NCBI GenBank assembly: GCA_020832985.1
Contig: JAJHRE010000002.1
Span: 22,991-86,990, forward strand
Source of the DNA: Desulfurococcaceae archaeon
GTDB taxonomy: Archaea > Thermoproteota > Thermoprotei_A > Sulfolobales > NBVN01
Length of the DNA: 64,000 bases
Reading direction: 5' to 3'
Each line of letters starts with the position of its first letter. The stretch's first letter is position 1. Under the pieces are notes generated by a model. That model was not told the origin of the DNA and ran no database searches. It saw nothing but the letters and a program-made list of their open reading frames with translations. Made by a program: the position numbers and the translations under genes. Shown one piece after another: positions 22,119-31,056 of this stretch.

Positions 22119-22286
22119 ATGATGCTTAAATGCCCTATATGTGGTGGTAGTGTAGAAGTACCTGACGATGCATTACCTGGGGAGTTAGTAGATCATGATT
22201 GCGGTGTTACTTTAGAAGTAGTTAATGATGGAGGAACTATTAAGTTAAGACCTCTTGAAGGTGTTAGGGAGGATTGGGGAGAGTAA
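22119..22286 (+). CDS. lysW: LysW, alpha-aminoadipate/glutamate carrier protein (55 aa, not in the ORF track)
   Basis: Zinc ribbon CPICG...HDCG and the hallmark acidic C-terminus EDWGE. It overlaps the lysX start by 13 nt. Confidence 0.85.
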   Translation: MMLKCPICGGSVEVPDDALPGELVDHDCGVTLEVVNDGGTIKLRPLEGVREDWGE

Positions 22287-23134
22287 GGGTAGCTCTACTA
22301 TACGACATCCTCCGTTGGGAGGAGAAGTCATTCATAGAAACCTCTAAGAAATTAGATGTAGATATAGTCCCTATCCACATACCGACATACTATGGTAGAG
22401 TTGGTGATGGTAATTCCTTAAGTACTGATGTAGATATAGCTATACAGAGGGGTGTGAGTTTCTACAACTCATTAGAATCTACGATAATGTTTGAATCATA
22501 CGGTATCAACGTAGTTAATAAGTCGTACACGATAATGGTTTGTCAGGACAAGTTATGGACTACATCGTTATTAGTGAGGAATAAAGTACCAGTACCTGAT
22601 ACGTACGTAGCTTTTAGTCATGAGGTAGTTCCTAAGGTCTCTGAGAAGTTAGGTTATCCATTCGTGATTAAACCTATCTACGGTAGTTGGGGTAGGTTAC
22701 TAGCTTTGATAGATGATGAGGAGGATATGAGGACTGTAGTTGAGCATAGGACATATATGCATAACCCGATCTACAGTATATACTATGTACAGGAATTTGT
22801 TAAGAAGCCTGGTAGGGATATTAGGATATTTACAGTAGGTGATGAAGTACCTGTAGGTATTTATAGGTATAGTAATCACTGGATAACAAACACTGCTAGG
22901 GGTGGTAAGGCAGTACCACTACGTATCGATCCTGAGCTTGAGGATTTAGCGTTAAGGGCTGCTAGATCTGTTGAAGGTCAGTTCCTCGGGATAGATATAT
23001 TCGAACATCCTGAGAAAGGCTACGTAGTTAATGAAGTTAATGCAGTGACTGAGTTTAAGAATACTGTAGCAGTTACTGGGTATGACCTAACACGTAAGGT
23101 GTTAGAATACATTATAGGCTTGGTGAGACGTTAA
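22274..23134 (+). CDS. lysX: LysX, ATP-grasp alpha-aminoadipate--LysW ligase (RimK family)
   Basis: RimK-type ATP-grasp sequence immediately after lysW. Confidence 0.85.
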   Translation: MGRVRVALLYDILRWEEKSFIETSKKLDVDIVPIHIPTYYGRVGDGNSLSTDVDIAIQRGVSFYNSLESTIMFESYGINVVNKSYTIMVCQDKLWTTSLLVRNKVPVPDTYVAFSHEVVPKVSEKLGYPFVIKPIYGSWGRLLALIDDEEDMRTVVEHRTYMHNPIYSIYYVQEFVKKPGRDIRIFTVGDEVPVGIYRYSNHWITNTARGGKAVPLRIDPELEDLALRAARSVEGQFLGIDIFEHPEKGYVVNEVNAVTEFKNTVAVTGYDLTRKVLEYIIGLVRR

Positions 23135-24315
23135 TGCCTCTTAAATACTTAAGCCTCTACGGTTCTAGAGGTATTAAAATTGTTAAGGGTGAGGGTCAGT
23201 ATGTATGGGATTCCAACGGTAATAAGTACCTAGACTGCCATACATGTCATGGAGTTGCCTTCTTAGGACATAGACATCCTAAGATTGTTAACGCAATTAA
23301 AGAACAACTAGATAATATGATATCACTATCAACAGCTTTTGAAAGTTTTTTAAGGGATGAAGTCTTAACAGCTTTAGAGCGTATAGTACCTAGGAGGTAT
23401 AACTACGTATACTTCCTTAACTCAGGTTCTGAGTGTGTAGACTTTGCATTGAAAGTTGCTAGGAAGGTTAGGAAGAAGGTTAAATTCATATCATTTACTA
23501 ATGCATTCCATGGACGTACTTTCGGGGCATTATCAGTTACTTGGAACCCTAAGTATAGGGAACCATTCAAGCCGTTAGTACCTGAGGTTGAATTCTTAAA
23601 ATATAATGACGTCAATTCCTTAGATAAGGCTGTAAGTGAGGATGTAGCTGCTGTAATTGTTGAACCTATTCAGGGTGAGGGCGGTATTAACCCAGCAACC
23701 CAGGAATTCATGAAGACGTTGAGGGAGGTTACTCAGGAGAGGGGTGTTATATTAATAGTTGATGAGATACAGACTGGTTGTGGTAGGACTGGATATACTT
23801 GGGCTTCAGATATGTATGGGGTTTACGGTGATATAATGTTGGTTGGTAAGGCAATAGCCGGTGGTTTCCCAGTATCTATAGCTTTCCTAACTGATGATAT
23901 TGGTAGTCAGTTAGGTGAGGGTGATCACGGATCTACATTTGGTGGTAATCCGCTAGCATTAGCAGCTGTTAAGGCAGGCGTTGATGTGATTACTGGTGAG
24001 GACGTCCCAGGTAGGGCTAGGGTTATGGGTAGTAAGTTAATGAGTAAGTTATCTAGTATTGTTAAAGACTTCAAAATCGTTAGGGAGTTAAGGGGTTCTG
24101 GTTTAATGATAGGTGTTGAACTTAGGTTCGAACCTAAGCCAGTTATTGAATGTCTTCAGGCTGGTGGTGTGTTAGCGTTGAAGGCCGGTACAACAGTAGT
24201 TAGGTTCTTACCACCATATCTGATAAATGATGACGATGTTGAGAATTTATCATCAGTTATGAGTAGGTGTTTAAATGAGGAAACTACTAGAAGACTTAAT
24301 GTTAAGACTTCTTAA
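23134..24315 (+). CDS. lysJ: LysJ/ArgD-type [LysW]-aminoadipate semialdehyde / acetylornithine aminotransferase
   Basis: Class-III aminotransferase; DEIQTG motif and lys cluster context. Confidence 0.85.
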   Translation: MPLKYLSLYGSRGIKIVKGEGQYVWDSNGNKYLDCHTCHGVAFLGHRHPKIVNAIKEQLDNMISLSTAFESFLRDEVLTALERIVPRRYNYVYFLNSGSECVDFALKVARKVRKKVKFISFTNAFHGRTFGALSVTWNPKYREPFKPLVPEVEFLKYNDVNSLDKAVSEDVAAVIVEPIQGEGGINPATQEFMKTLREVTQERGVILIVDEIQTGCGRTGYTWASDMYGVYGDIMLVGKAIAGGFPVSIAFLTDDIGSQLGEGDHGSTFGGNPLALAAVKAGVDVITGEDVPGRARVMGSKLMSKLSSIVKDFKIVRELRGSGLMIGVELRFEPKPVIECLQAGGVLALKAGTTVVRFLPPYLINDDDVENLSSVMSRCLNEETTRRLNVKTS

Positions 24316-25324
24316 GACTTACAGCCCGACTGGTAGTGAAGAACTAGCTATTAAGGCTTATACAGACTTCCTAAAATCTATAGGTGTTAATACAGTAGAA
24401 GTCGATGATGTCGGTAACGCGTTATTCACCTACGGTTCCGGTAGTAAATGGTTGTTATTAGCAGGTCATATAGATACTGTAGAGGGTGAATTACCGGTTA
24501 GTTACGATGGTAAGGTATTTAGGGGTAGGGGTGCTGTTGATGCTAAAGGTCCTCTCGTATCTATGACGATAGGTGCGTTGGAAGCTCTTAAGTACTTAGA
24601 TACTAGTAGGTATAGGGTAACCGTAGCTGCGTTAGTAGGTGAGGAGGGTAGGAGTCCAGGTGCTAAAGCATTAATTAGGAGGGGTTTAAAACCTACAGCA
24701 ATAGTTATTGGGGAACCTTCCGGATGTGACGGTGTTGTTATCGGGTATAGAGGGAGTATTAAGCTGAGGTTAGTGTGTAGAGGTACCGGCGGCCACTCAT
24801 CAAATCCTGAAGGCGGTATCTCAGCTATTGAGGAATTCATAAATACTTGGTTAAAACTTAAGGAGTTAAGTAAGACATTGAATGTGAGCATAGGTATGAA
24901 CTACATCAGCGGTGGTCAATTATTTAGTGTTATCCCTAAGTTGTGTGAGGGGGTTATAGATGTTAGGGTACCTATAGGTATGAAGTTAAGTGATGTTAAA
25001 TCTAAAATTGATGAGTTGTTAAGTACGTACTGTAGTTATGAAGTAATTGATGAGACACCTCCTGTTAGGGTAAGTGTTAACGTACCGGTGGTTAGGGCTT
25101 TAGTGAGAGCTATAATTAAGAATGGGTTGAAACCATCACCAGCTATTAAGTTAGGTACTAGCGATATGAACTTACTAGTAAGTCTAACAGATAATATAGT
25201 AAGTTACGGTCCCGGTAGGTCTGAACTAGCACATACAGACCATGAGGAGGTAAGTATTGAGGAGTTAGAATTAGGTGCTAAGGTCTATAAGGACTTAATA
25301 CTTGAGTTCTTCACCAACACTTAA
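24275..25324 (+). CDS. lysK: LysK/ArgE-type [LysW]-lysine hydrolase (M20 peptidase)
   Basis: M20 motifs GHIDTV and GRGAVDAKG; cluster context. Confidence 0.8.
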   Translation: MRKLLEDLMLRLLKTYSPTGSEELAIKAYTDFLKSIGVNTVEVDDVGNALFTYGSGSKWLLLAGHIDTVEGELPVSYDGKVFRGRGAVDAKGPLVSMTIGALEALKYLDTSRYRVTVAALVGEEGRSPGAKALIRRGLKPTAIVIGEPSGCDGVVIGYRGSIKLRLVCRGTGGHSSNPEGGISAIEEFINTWLKLKELSKTLNVSIGMNYISGGQLFSVIPKLCEGVIDVRVPIGMKLSDVKSKIDELLSTYCSYEVIDETPPVRVSVNVPVVRALVRAIIKNGLKPSPAIKLGTSDMNLLVSLTDNIVSYGPGRSELAHTDHEEVSIEELELGAKVYKDLILEFFTNT

Positions 25325-25699
25325 TTTCTGAGTTATAATCCTTGAGAGGCATAGGTATATACCTGAGATATAACCACCGTCAACACCAAGTAAATTAGTT
25401 AGTTCATCAAATAATACGAACTCACCCTCACTTAACCTCCTACTAATACCTACTAAAGTATTTACCCTACCGCTATACTCACTACATACGCTACCGAGTT
25501 CCTCAAGACATACATCAATTAACCCGTAATTTAAATACCTACATAACTTAACTATATCCAGACCTAACAACATTGTTAAGTACCTCAACGATAACTCACA
25601 ACATAAACCACTACATTCTCTAAGTACTCTAACAACCATAGTGACTAACTCACCATACCTTACCAACCAATACTTCAGGTATTCAACATCTACAACCAC
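25295..25699 (-). CDS. Hypothetical protein (134 aa)
   Basis: ORF only, with no motif I recognise. Its 3' end overlaps the lysK 3' end by 30 nt. Confidence 0.35.
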   Translation of the reverse strand: MVVDVEYLKYWLVRYGELVTMVVRVLRECSGLCCELSLRYLTMLLGLDIVKLCRYLNYGLIDVCLEELGSVCSEYSGRVNTLVGISRRLSEGEFVLFDELTNLLGVDGGYISGIYLCLSRIITQKLSVGEELKY

Positions 25700-25774
25700 T
25701 TTAACAACCCATTCAAATTGATGTAATGCAGAATTAAGTATTAATACTTTAAATTAATGTTTAAGTTGGTGTAG

Positions 25775-26092
25775 GTGTTGAAGATTTCATTAGAACCTAT
25801 GTTGAAGGACTTAGGGGCTGTGAGGGTTAAGACAGTTAAGCAACGTGAATGTGAGGTAGTAGTTGTTGAGTTTAAAGATGATATATTCCTAATATCGTTG
25901 AGTAGGGGTGGGATGACGGATAACTACGTAGCTAAGGTGGTACCGTCTACTAAGGTATATAGTTGGGGATGTATAGATATAGAATACAGCCCTTACGGAC
26001 TATACGTAGTTGCTGAGGATGAGGAGGAGCTTACTAAGAAGATCATTAGTAAATTAAATATTTTAAGGTCTCGAACTTCAGACCGTACTTAA
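25775..26092 (+). CDS. Hypothetical protein (105 aa)
   Basis: ORF only; divergent from the 25295-25699 ORF. Confidence 0.4.
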   Translation: MLKISLEPMLKDLGAVRVKTVKQRECEVVVVEFKDDIFLISLSRGGMTDNYVAKVVPSTKVYSWGCIDIEYSPYGLYVVAEDEEELTKKIISKLNILRSRTSDRT

Positions 26093-26153
26093 AACTTAAA
26101 ATATGCCATAGTATAAGTTTATTTACCTTACTAATGAATATATTCCGGTAGTT

Positions 26154-27395
26154 TTGATGCGTATACCTCAGTTACCCTCCATATCTGATGTTGATTTAAA
26201 CATGAAGAAAGTCCTTGTACGTGTAGATTTTAACTGCCCTATAGGTATTAATGGTGAGATATTAGATGATTCTAGGATTAAAGCTCATATACCGACTGTG
26301 AAGGAATTAATCAACCGTAACACCTCAACAGTTCTAATAACTCATCAGGGTAGACCTGGTGAGCCCGACTTCGTAACTCTTGAAAAACATGCAGAGTTAC
26401 TGAGTAAGTACTTAGGTATTGATGTTAAATTCATACCAGATGTTATAGGTCCTACAGCTATTAACGAGATAAAGAATTTAAAACCTGGTGAGGTTTTACT
26501 CCTAGACAACCTTAGGTTGGTTTCTGAGGAGGTTATTGAGGCTGTACCTGAAGTTCAGGCTAAGACCTACTTAGTCAGGAGGTTAGCACCACTCTTCGAC
26601 TACTTCGTATTTGATGCTTTCGCAACAGCTCATAGGAGTCAACCAAGTATTGTTGGTTTCCCAATGGTGTTACCGTCACTTATAGGTAGTGTTATGAAGA
26701 AGGAGTTAGATGCGTTAAGTAGGATTTTCAACTTTGCTGAAGGTCCTAAAGTCTTCGTATTAGGTGGTGCTAAAGTTCAAGACACTATAAAGATTATTGA
26801 GTTCTTAAATAGGAATAAAGCCGCTGATAGGATATTAACTACTGGGTTAGTAGGTCTTTTCTTCCATGTCGCTAAGGGGGGTAGGATTAGTAGTGAGTCT
26901 ATGAAGGTGTTAGAGTCTAAGGGTTTACTACCTCTAATACCTAGAGCTCGTAAGATAATACTTTCAGGAGCTCCTATAGAGACACCGTACGACTACATAG
27001 TACTGACACCTAATGGTGAGGTTAAGGAGGAGTCAGTATATAACTTAAGTGGTAGGGCTTTAGACATAGGTTCCTACACCATCACAATGTATTCTGAGTT
27101 AATGAAGGAGGCTAAGTTAATAGTTATGAGGGGTCCTGCCGGCTACGTAGAGGATGAGAGGTTTAGGAAAGGGACTGAAGAACTCCTTAAATCAGCACTT
27201 AATAGTAGTGCATTCGTCATAGTAGGTGGTGGTCATTTAGGTGCTATGATAGGGGATAATATTAGGGAGAACCTCCACATATCAACTGGTGGTGGTGCAC
27301 TACTGATATACCTCTCAGGAGAACCTCTACCAGCTATAGATGCATTAGTAGAATCTACTAAAAAGTTTTTCCCCACCAAACAATTAAGATCTTAA
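26154..27395 (+). CDS. pgk: Phosphoglycerate kinase
   Basis: VRVDFNCP and THQGRPG motifs and a C-terminal STGGGA. Confidence 0.9.
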   Translation: MMRIPQLPSISDVDLNMKKVLVRVDFNCPIGINGEILDDSRIKAHIPTVKELINRNTSTVLITHQGRPGEPDFVTLEKHAELLSKYLGIDVKFIPDVIGPTAINEIKNLKPGEVLLLDNLRLVSEEVIEAVPEVQAKTYLVRRLAPLFDYFVFDAFATAHRSQPSIVGFPMVLPSLIGSVMKKELDALSRIFNFAEGPKVFVLGGAKVQDTIKIIEFLNRNKAADRILTTGLVGLFFHVAKGGRISSESMKVLESKGLLPLIPRARKIILSGAPIETPYDYIVLTPNGEVKEESVYNLSGRALDIGSYTITMYSELMKEAKLIVMRGPAGYVEDERFRKGTEELLKSALNSSAFVIVGGGHLGAMIGDNIRENLHISTGGGALLIYLSGEPLPAIDALVESTKKFFPTKQLRS

Positions 27396-27408
27396 GTTAG
27401 GTGGTAGG

Positions 27409-27831
27409 ATGTCATACTATAGAGAACCTACATACTTGATAAGCTTCATGTTCAGAAGGATTTTAGTACCTATTGATGGGAGTGCTAGTAGTTTAAAAGC
27501 GTTGGATATAGCTTTAGACTTTGCTAAAAGGTACGGGTCTAAACTAACAGCATTGATAGTTAACGATAAAACAATAAATGTTGAGGAGGTTAGCGGGGAA
27601 ATCTCTAGTAAGGCACGTAAGTCCGGTATAGAGGTAGTCCTTAAGATTAAGGAGATTAGAAACCCTAACGAGAGCGTAGTTAGTAAGGTGTTGGAAGAGA
27701 TAAGTGAAGGTAGTTACGACCTAGTAATACTTGGAGCTAGGGGTAGGACACTTTCTGAGGACTTACTCATAGGGAGTACAGCATTATCAGTAATAATAAA
27801 TTCCCCCATCTCATGCTTAGTAGTTAGATAG
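27409..27831 (+). CDS. Universal stress protein (UspA family)
   Basis: ILVPIDGS start and the C-terminal GSTA..V motif. Confidence 0.8.
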   Translation: MSYYREPTYLISFMFRRILVPIDGSASSLKALDIALDFAKRYGSKLTALIVNDKTINVEEVSGEISSKARKSGIEVVLKIKEIRNPNESVVSKVLEEISEGSYDLVILGARGRTLSEDLLIGSTALSVIINSPISCLVVR

Positions 27832-27886
27832 TGACGAATCCACTATAATTTTGGATGATCCGTACTGCGGTTAGATGCGCTGAGTA

Positions 27887-27938
27887 GTGATGAACTTATA
27901 CCCTCAGATGAAAGCATCATGACATTAGACTTGACTGA
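27887..27938 (+). ncRNA. Candidate C/D box sRNA (2'-O-methylation guide)
   Basis: C box GTGATGA (27887-27893), D'-like CAGA (27905-27908), C'-like ATCATGA (27916-27922), an exact 12-nt spacer, then D box CTGA (27935-27938). Located in an intergenic region. Confidence 0.4.
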
Positions 27939-27969
27939 AGCCCAAAGAACTCACATCAAAACCTAACCA

Positions 27970-27993
27970 GCTAACGGTACTTGTACCGTTAGC
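27970..27993. repeat. Perfect 11-bp inverted repeat (hairpin) between convergent genes
   Basis: GCTAACGGTAC-TT-GTACCGTTAGC. Confidence 0.8.
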
Positions 27994-28088
27994 AGGGAAA
28001 CGTAACCTTATTACTCCCTTAAGTAAGTATCTAGTGATGATGAGTGTTAAGGTATGAGTGATGATTAAACTCCCATGGCCTGATAAAC

Positions 28089-29903
28089 TCATAGGAATTC
28101 CTCAACTAATAGCTTAACAACCCCTTCAAACTCTTTTAAGTCTCTAACAACTTTATTTATCTTCAAACCTAAGTACTTTCTTAAACTCCTCGATAAGAAC
28201 CTCCTATCACCTAATACTACTAAAGCCCTATCATCTTCAGACCTAATAGACCTACCTATAGCCTGTAATGTCTTTATAGATGACTCCATATTATATATGT
28301 AGTCCCAAGCCTCATCAGCACTAACCTTCATCTTCAAGTTCTTCATAACCTCTACTAGGTAGTCATCACTTTGTGGGTAGGGTACACCTGCTACGAAGAC
28401 ACAGTTAATTAATGACTTACCATCCCTAACTATTTCAATCCCCTCACATAACTTACCGCCAGCAACTGCATGTATTAGAGTGTTATCACTGACATAACTA
28501 ATTAACTCATCTATAGTTGTCATCCTACTCTCAGTAAATCCCTTACCAACATACTTAAACACATTACTCATGAACTCATAACTAGGATAGACTACTAACT
28601 TAACCCCACTTACTAATTCATCAACAACTCTAATGTACTTAGCATATAACTCGTAAATAGCCTCACCCCTAACCTCATACTTAGATGTTAACTGAGATGT
28701 AAGTAATATAACTAAGTTTTCGTAGGGTGACCAAGCACCTAATTCTAAAGCATCTACGAACTCTACACCCTTCATACCTATAACCTTCTCTAAGAACTCC
28801 TTAGAAGGTGGTGTCCCAGACATAAGTATTAAACTCTTATAACTACTTAAAACCCTATTAATCACGTCATGACTAGTCGCCATAGTCGTTAAGAATATAT
28901 TGTTTGAGTCCCTGTACGTGAAGAGTGCGAAGCCCTCGTAGGCTAAGTTCGATATGAGTGTAGCTACCTTAACTATGGATGCACCACGACTCATAACTGA
29001 TGACACAGGCTTACCACTCATAATTAATTCATCTATAATCATCTTCTTAATATCTAAAGCCCTACTCATGACGTAGTTTATTAAATCCTCATCTATGTTG
29101 AGTACGTCCTTATCTAAGATCCTTAATTTATCATCCTTTGCTTTAGACTCAGCAATACTTACTAGATTACTTAGGAAGTTCCTAAGAACTTCATCACCAC
29201 CTAAGTAGTGATTAACCTCATTAATTGCTGTCTTTACCCTGGAGGTACTAACCTCGTATGAGTATATAGTTGCTGGGTTAGTTATCATGTGAGCTTCATC
29301 AACAACTACTGAGTACTCGTTAGTGTTACGATCTTGGAATAGGTCCTCAAAGAATTCTAGGTTAAACACGTATGGATATGTAACTACGACGTAATCTGAG
29401 TAGTTAGCTAGTTTAGCTAGGGAGAAGTATGGACATACCTTAAGAGTATCAACTATCCTCCTCACAGCGTCGACATGATTTTCACTAGGGTAGACTACAG
29501 CCTCTATAACTTCAATACCTACCCTACCTAACCCCCTAAAAAACTCACATAACTTCAAGTCTCTCAATATAGAACAACTAATCCAGAAATCCTCAGGCTC
29601 GACATGCTTACCCTTAGTAAGTGGACACATAGTATGTGCTGAATGTATGAATGAATACCTAAGACTTCCTAACTTCCTACGTAGTAATTTCAAATCTCTT
29701 AAAACAGGTGTTATCTCATTCCTAGTCCTCACAGAATGTAGTACTGGAGGTCTCAACATACTTAATGAAATAGCTACTGAGGTCTTACCAAATCCTGTAG
29801 GTGCCTTAATAACTAATACCTTAGACCTACTTAATAACTCCTCACCTACCTTAAGTACCTCCTTCTGACCACGTCTGAAGGTGTCGTATGGGAAGAACCT
29901 TAT
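28089..29903 (-). CDS. xpd: XPD/Rad3-type 5'-3' DNA helicase (FeS-cluster SF2 helicase); start unresolved, frame open up to 29942
   Basis: Walker A APTGFGKT is encoded at 29781-29804, upstream of the first ATG (29759). DEAH box VVVDEAH and FeS-domain cysteines (CPL, C..C, CPY) are present. Confidence 0.85.
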   Translation of the reverse strand: MRFFPYDTFRRGQKEVLKVGEELLSRSKVLVIKAPTGFGKTSVAISLSMLRPPVLHSVRTRNEITPVLRDLKLLRRKLGSLRYSFIHSAHTMCPLTKGKHVEPEDFWISCSILRDLKLCEFFRGLGRVGIEVIEAVVYPSENHVDAVRRIVDTLKVCPYFSLAKLANYSDYVVVTYPYVFNLEFFEDLFQDRNTNEYSVVVDEAHMITNPATIYSYEVSTSRVKTAINEVNHYLGGDEVLRNFLSNLVSIAESKAKDDKLRILDKDVLNIDEDLINYVMSRALDIKKMIIDELIMSGKPVSSVMSRGASIVKVATLISNLAYEGFALFTYRDSNNIFLTTMATSHDVINRVLSSYKSLILMSGTPPSKEFLEKVIGMKGVEFVDALELGAWSPYENLVILLTSQLTSKYEVRGEAIYELYAKYIRVVDELVSGVKLVVYPSYEFMSNVFKYVGKGFTESRMTTIDELISYVSDNTLIHAVAGGKLCEGIEIVRDGKSLINCVFVAGVPYPQSDDYLVEVMKNLKMKVSADEAWDYIYNMESSIKTLQAIGRSIRSEDDRALVVLGDRRFLSRSLRKYLGLKINKVVRDLKEFEGVVKLLVEEFL

Positions 29904-30003
29904 AGACGTTACACTACACCTGATAATGTGTGTTATTAAGGGTTAATAATTATGAAGTATAAAATTTTTAAATCGTAGGTATCAATACTTTACGGGACCT
30001 TGA

Positions 30004-31056
30004 ATTGCATGTAGGAGTATTAAGGATAGGTTAAAACCTTGGTTATTAAATTCTGAGGGTTACGTATTCAGTGATGTTGATGCTGATGTAAGACTTCATC
30101 TGAATGAGTCACCATACCCACCACCTAAACATGTTGTTAGGTATGTTGTAGACATACTAGAGTATGGTAACTTATACATAAACTCAAAGCTATTTAGTAG
30201 GTTTAGAGAGTTATTAGCTGGGTATGCAGGTGTTGATGTAGAGAATATACTCCCTACATTAGGTGGTGATGGAGCTCTAAGAACTATATTCTACGAGTTA
30301 ACATACCCTAACGATGTGGTAGTAATCCTCAACCCAACCTATAGTATGGTTAATGTATTCACATCATTAAGAGGTCTTAAGAAAGTTACTGTAGAACTCC
30401 ATGAATGCGGTGATTGGTGGTGTGTAGACTTTAATGAATTACTAAATAATGCTAAGAACTCATACTTAGTAGTTATAGACGATCCTAACAACCCTACAGG
30501 CTCACCAATACTTAAGGGGAGTATCAAGTTAGTCTCAGAACTAGCTGAAGTTGTTGAGGGGTTCTTAGTAATTGATGAGACCTACTATGAGTTCTCAGGA
30601 TATACTGTAGTACAGTTAGTTAGGGATTACCCAAACATCATAGTTGTGAGGAGTTTAAGTAAGGCATTCTCACTAGCAGGTTTTAGATTAGGCTATATAG
30701 TAAGTAGTCCTGAAGTTATTGAGGTATTGAGTAAGGGGTACACACCATTTGATATCCCACTACCATCATTAGCTGTTGGGATTGCAGCATTAGAGGATAG
30801 CTCATACGTTAAGGTATTCGTAGATAGTATTAAGAGGAATAAGGAGTTACTCATTAATGGTTTAAGGAAGTTAGGTTTTAAGGTGTATAACTCACTAACT
30901 AACTTCGTATTAGTACGTAGTGATGTTAATATTAGGGAGTTACTCTTAAGGTACAGTATAGCTATTAAGTCCTTAGGTAATAACCTCTACAGAATCTCAG
31001 TAGGTTCTGAAGAACAGTGTGTTAAGTTATTAGAAGTCTTAGGTGATGTGTTATGA
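30004..31056 (+). CDS. hisC: Histidinol-phosphate aminotransferase; start unresolved
   Basis: RLHLNESPYPPP and GGDGALR are encoded in frame at 30004-30315, upstream of the tracked GTG. PLP-Lys context SLSKAFSLAGFRLGY. TGA at 30001. Confidence 0.85.
   Translation: MACRSIKDRLKPWLLNSEGYVFSDVDADVRLHLNESPYPPPKHVVRYVVDILEYGNLYINSKLFSRFRELLAGYAGVDVENILPTLGGDGALRTIFYELTYPNDVVVILNPTYSMVNVFTSLRGLKKVTVELHECGDWWCVDFNELLNNAKNSYLVVIDDPNNPTGSPILKGSIKLVSELAEVVEGFLVIDETYYEFSGYTVVQLVRDYPNIIVVRSLSKAFSLAGFRLGYIVSSPEVIEVLSKGYTPFDIPLPSLAVGIAALEDSSYVKVFVDSIKRNKELLINGLRKLGFKVYNSLTNFVLVRSDVNIRELLLRYSIAIKSLGNNLYRISVGSEEQCVKLLEVLGDVL

Noticed and set aside
24502-24891. 129-aa minus-strand ORF.
   Set aside because: It is antisense to lysK, with proline/serine-rich shadow-frame composition.
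28034-28083. Second possible C/D box sRNA (GTGATGA at 28034 and 28058, CTGA at 28080).
   Set aside because: There is no acceptable D' box, the C'-to-D spacer is 15 nt rather than ~12, and it abuts the XPD stop codon. It is too weak to call.
29647-29868. 73-aa plus-strand ORF at the 5' end of the helicase gene.
   Set aside because: The opposite strand here encodes the XPD Walker A region in a continuous frame, so the plus-strand ORF is spurious.
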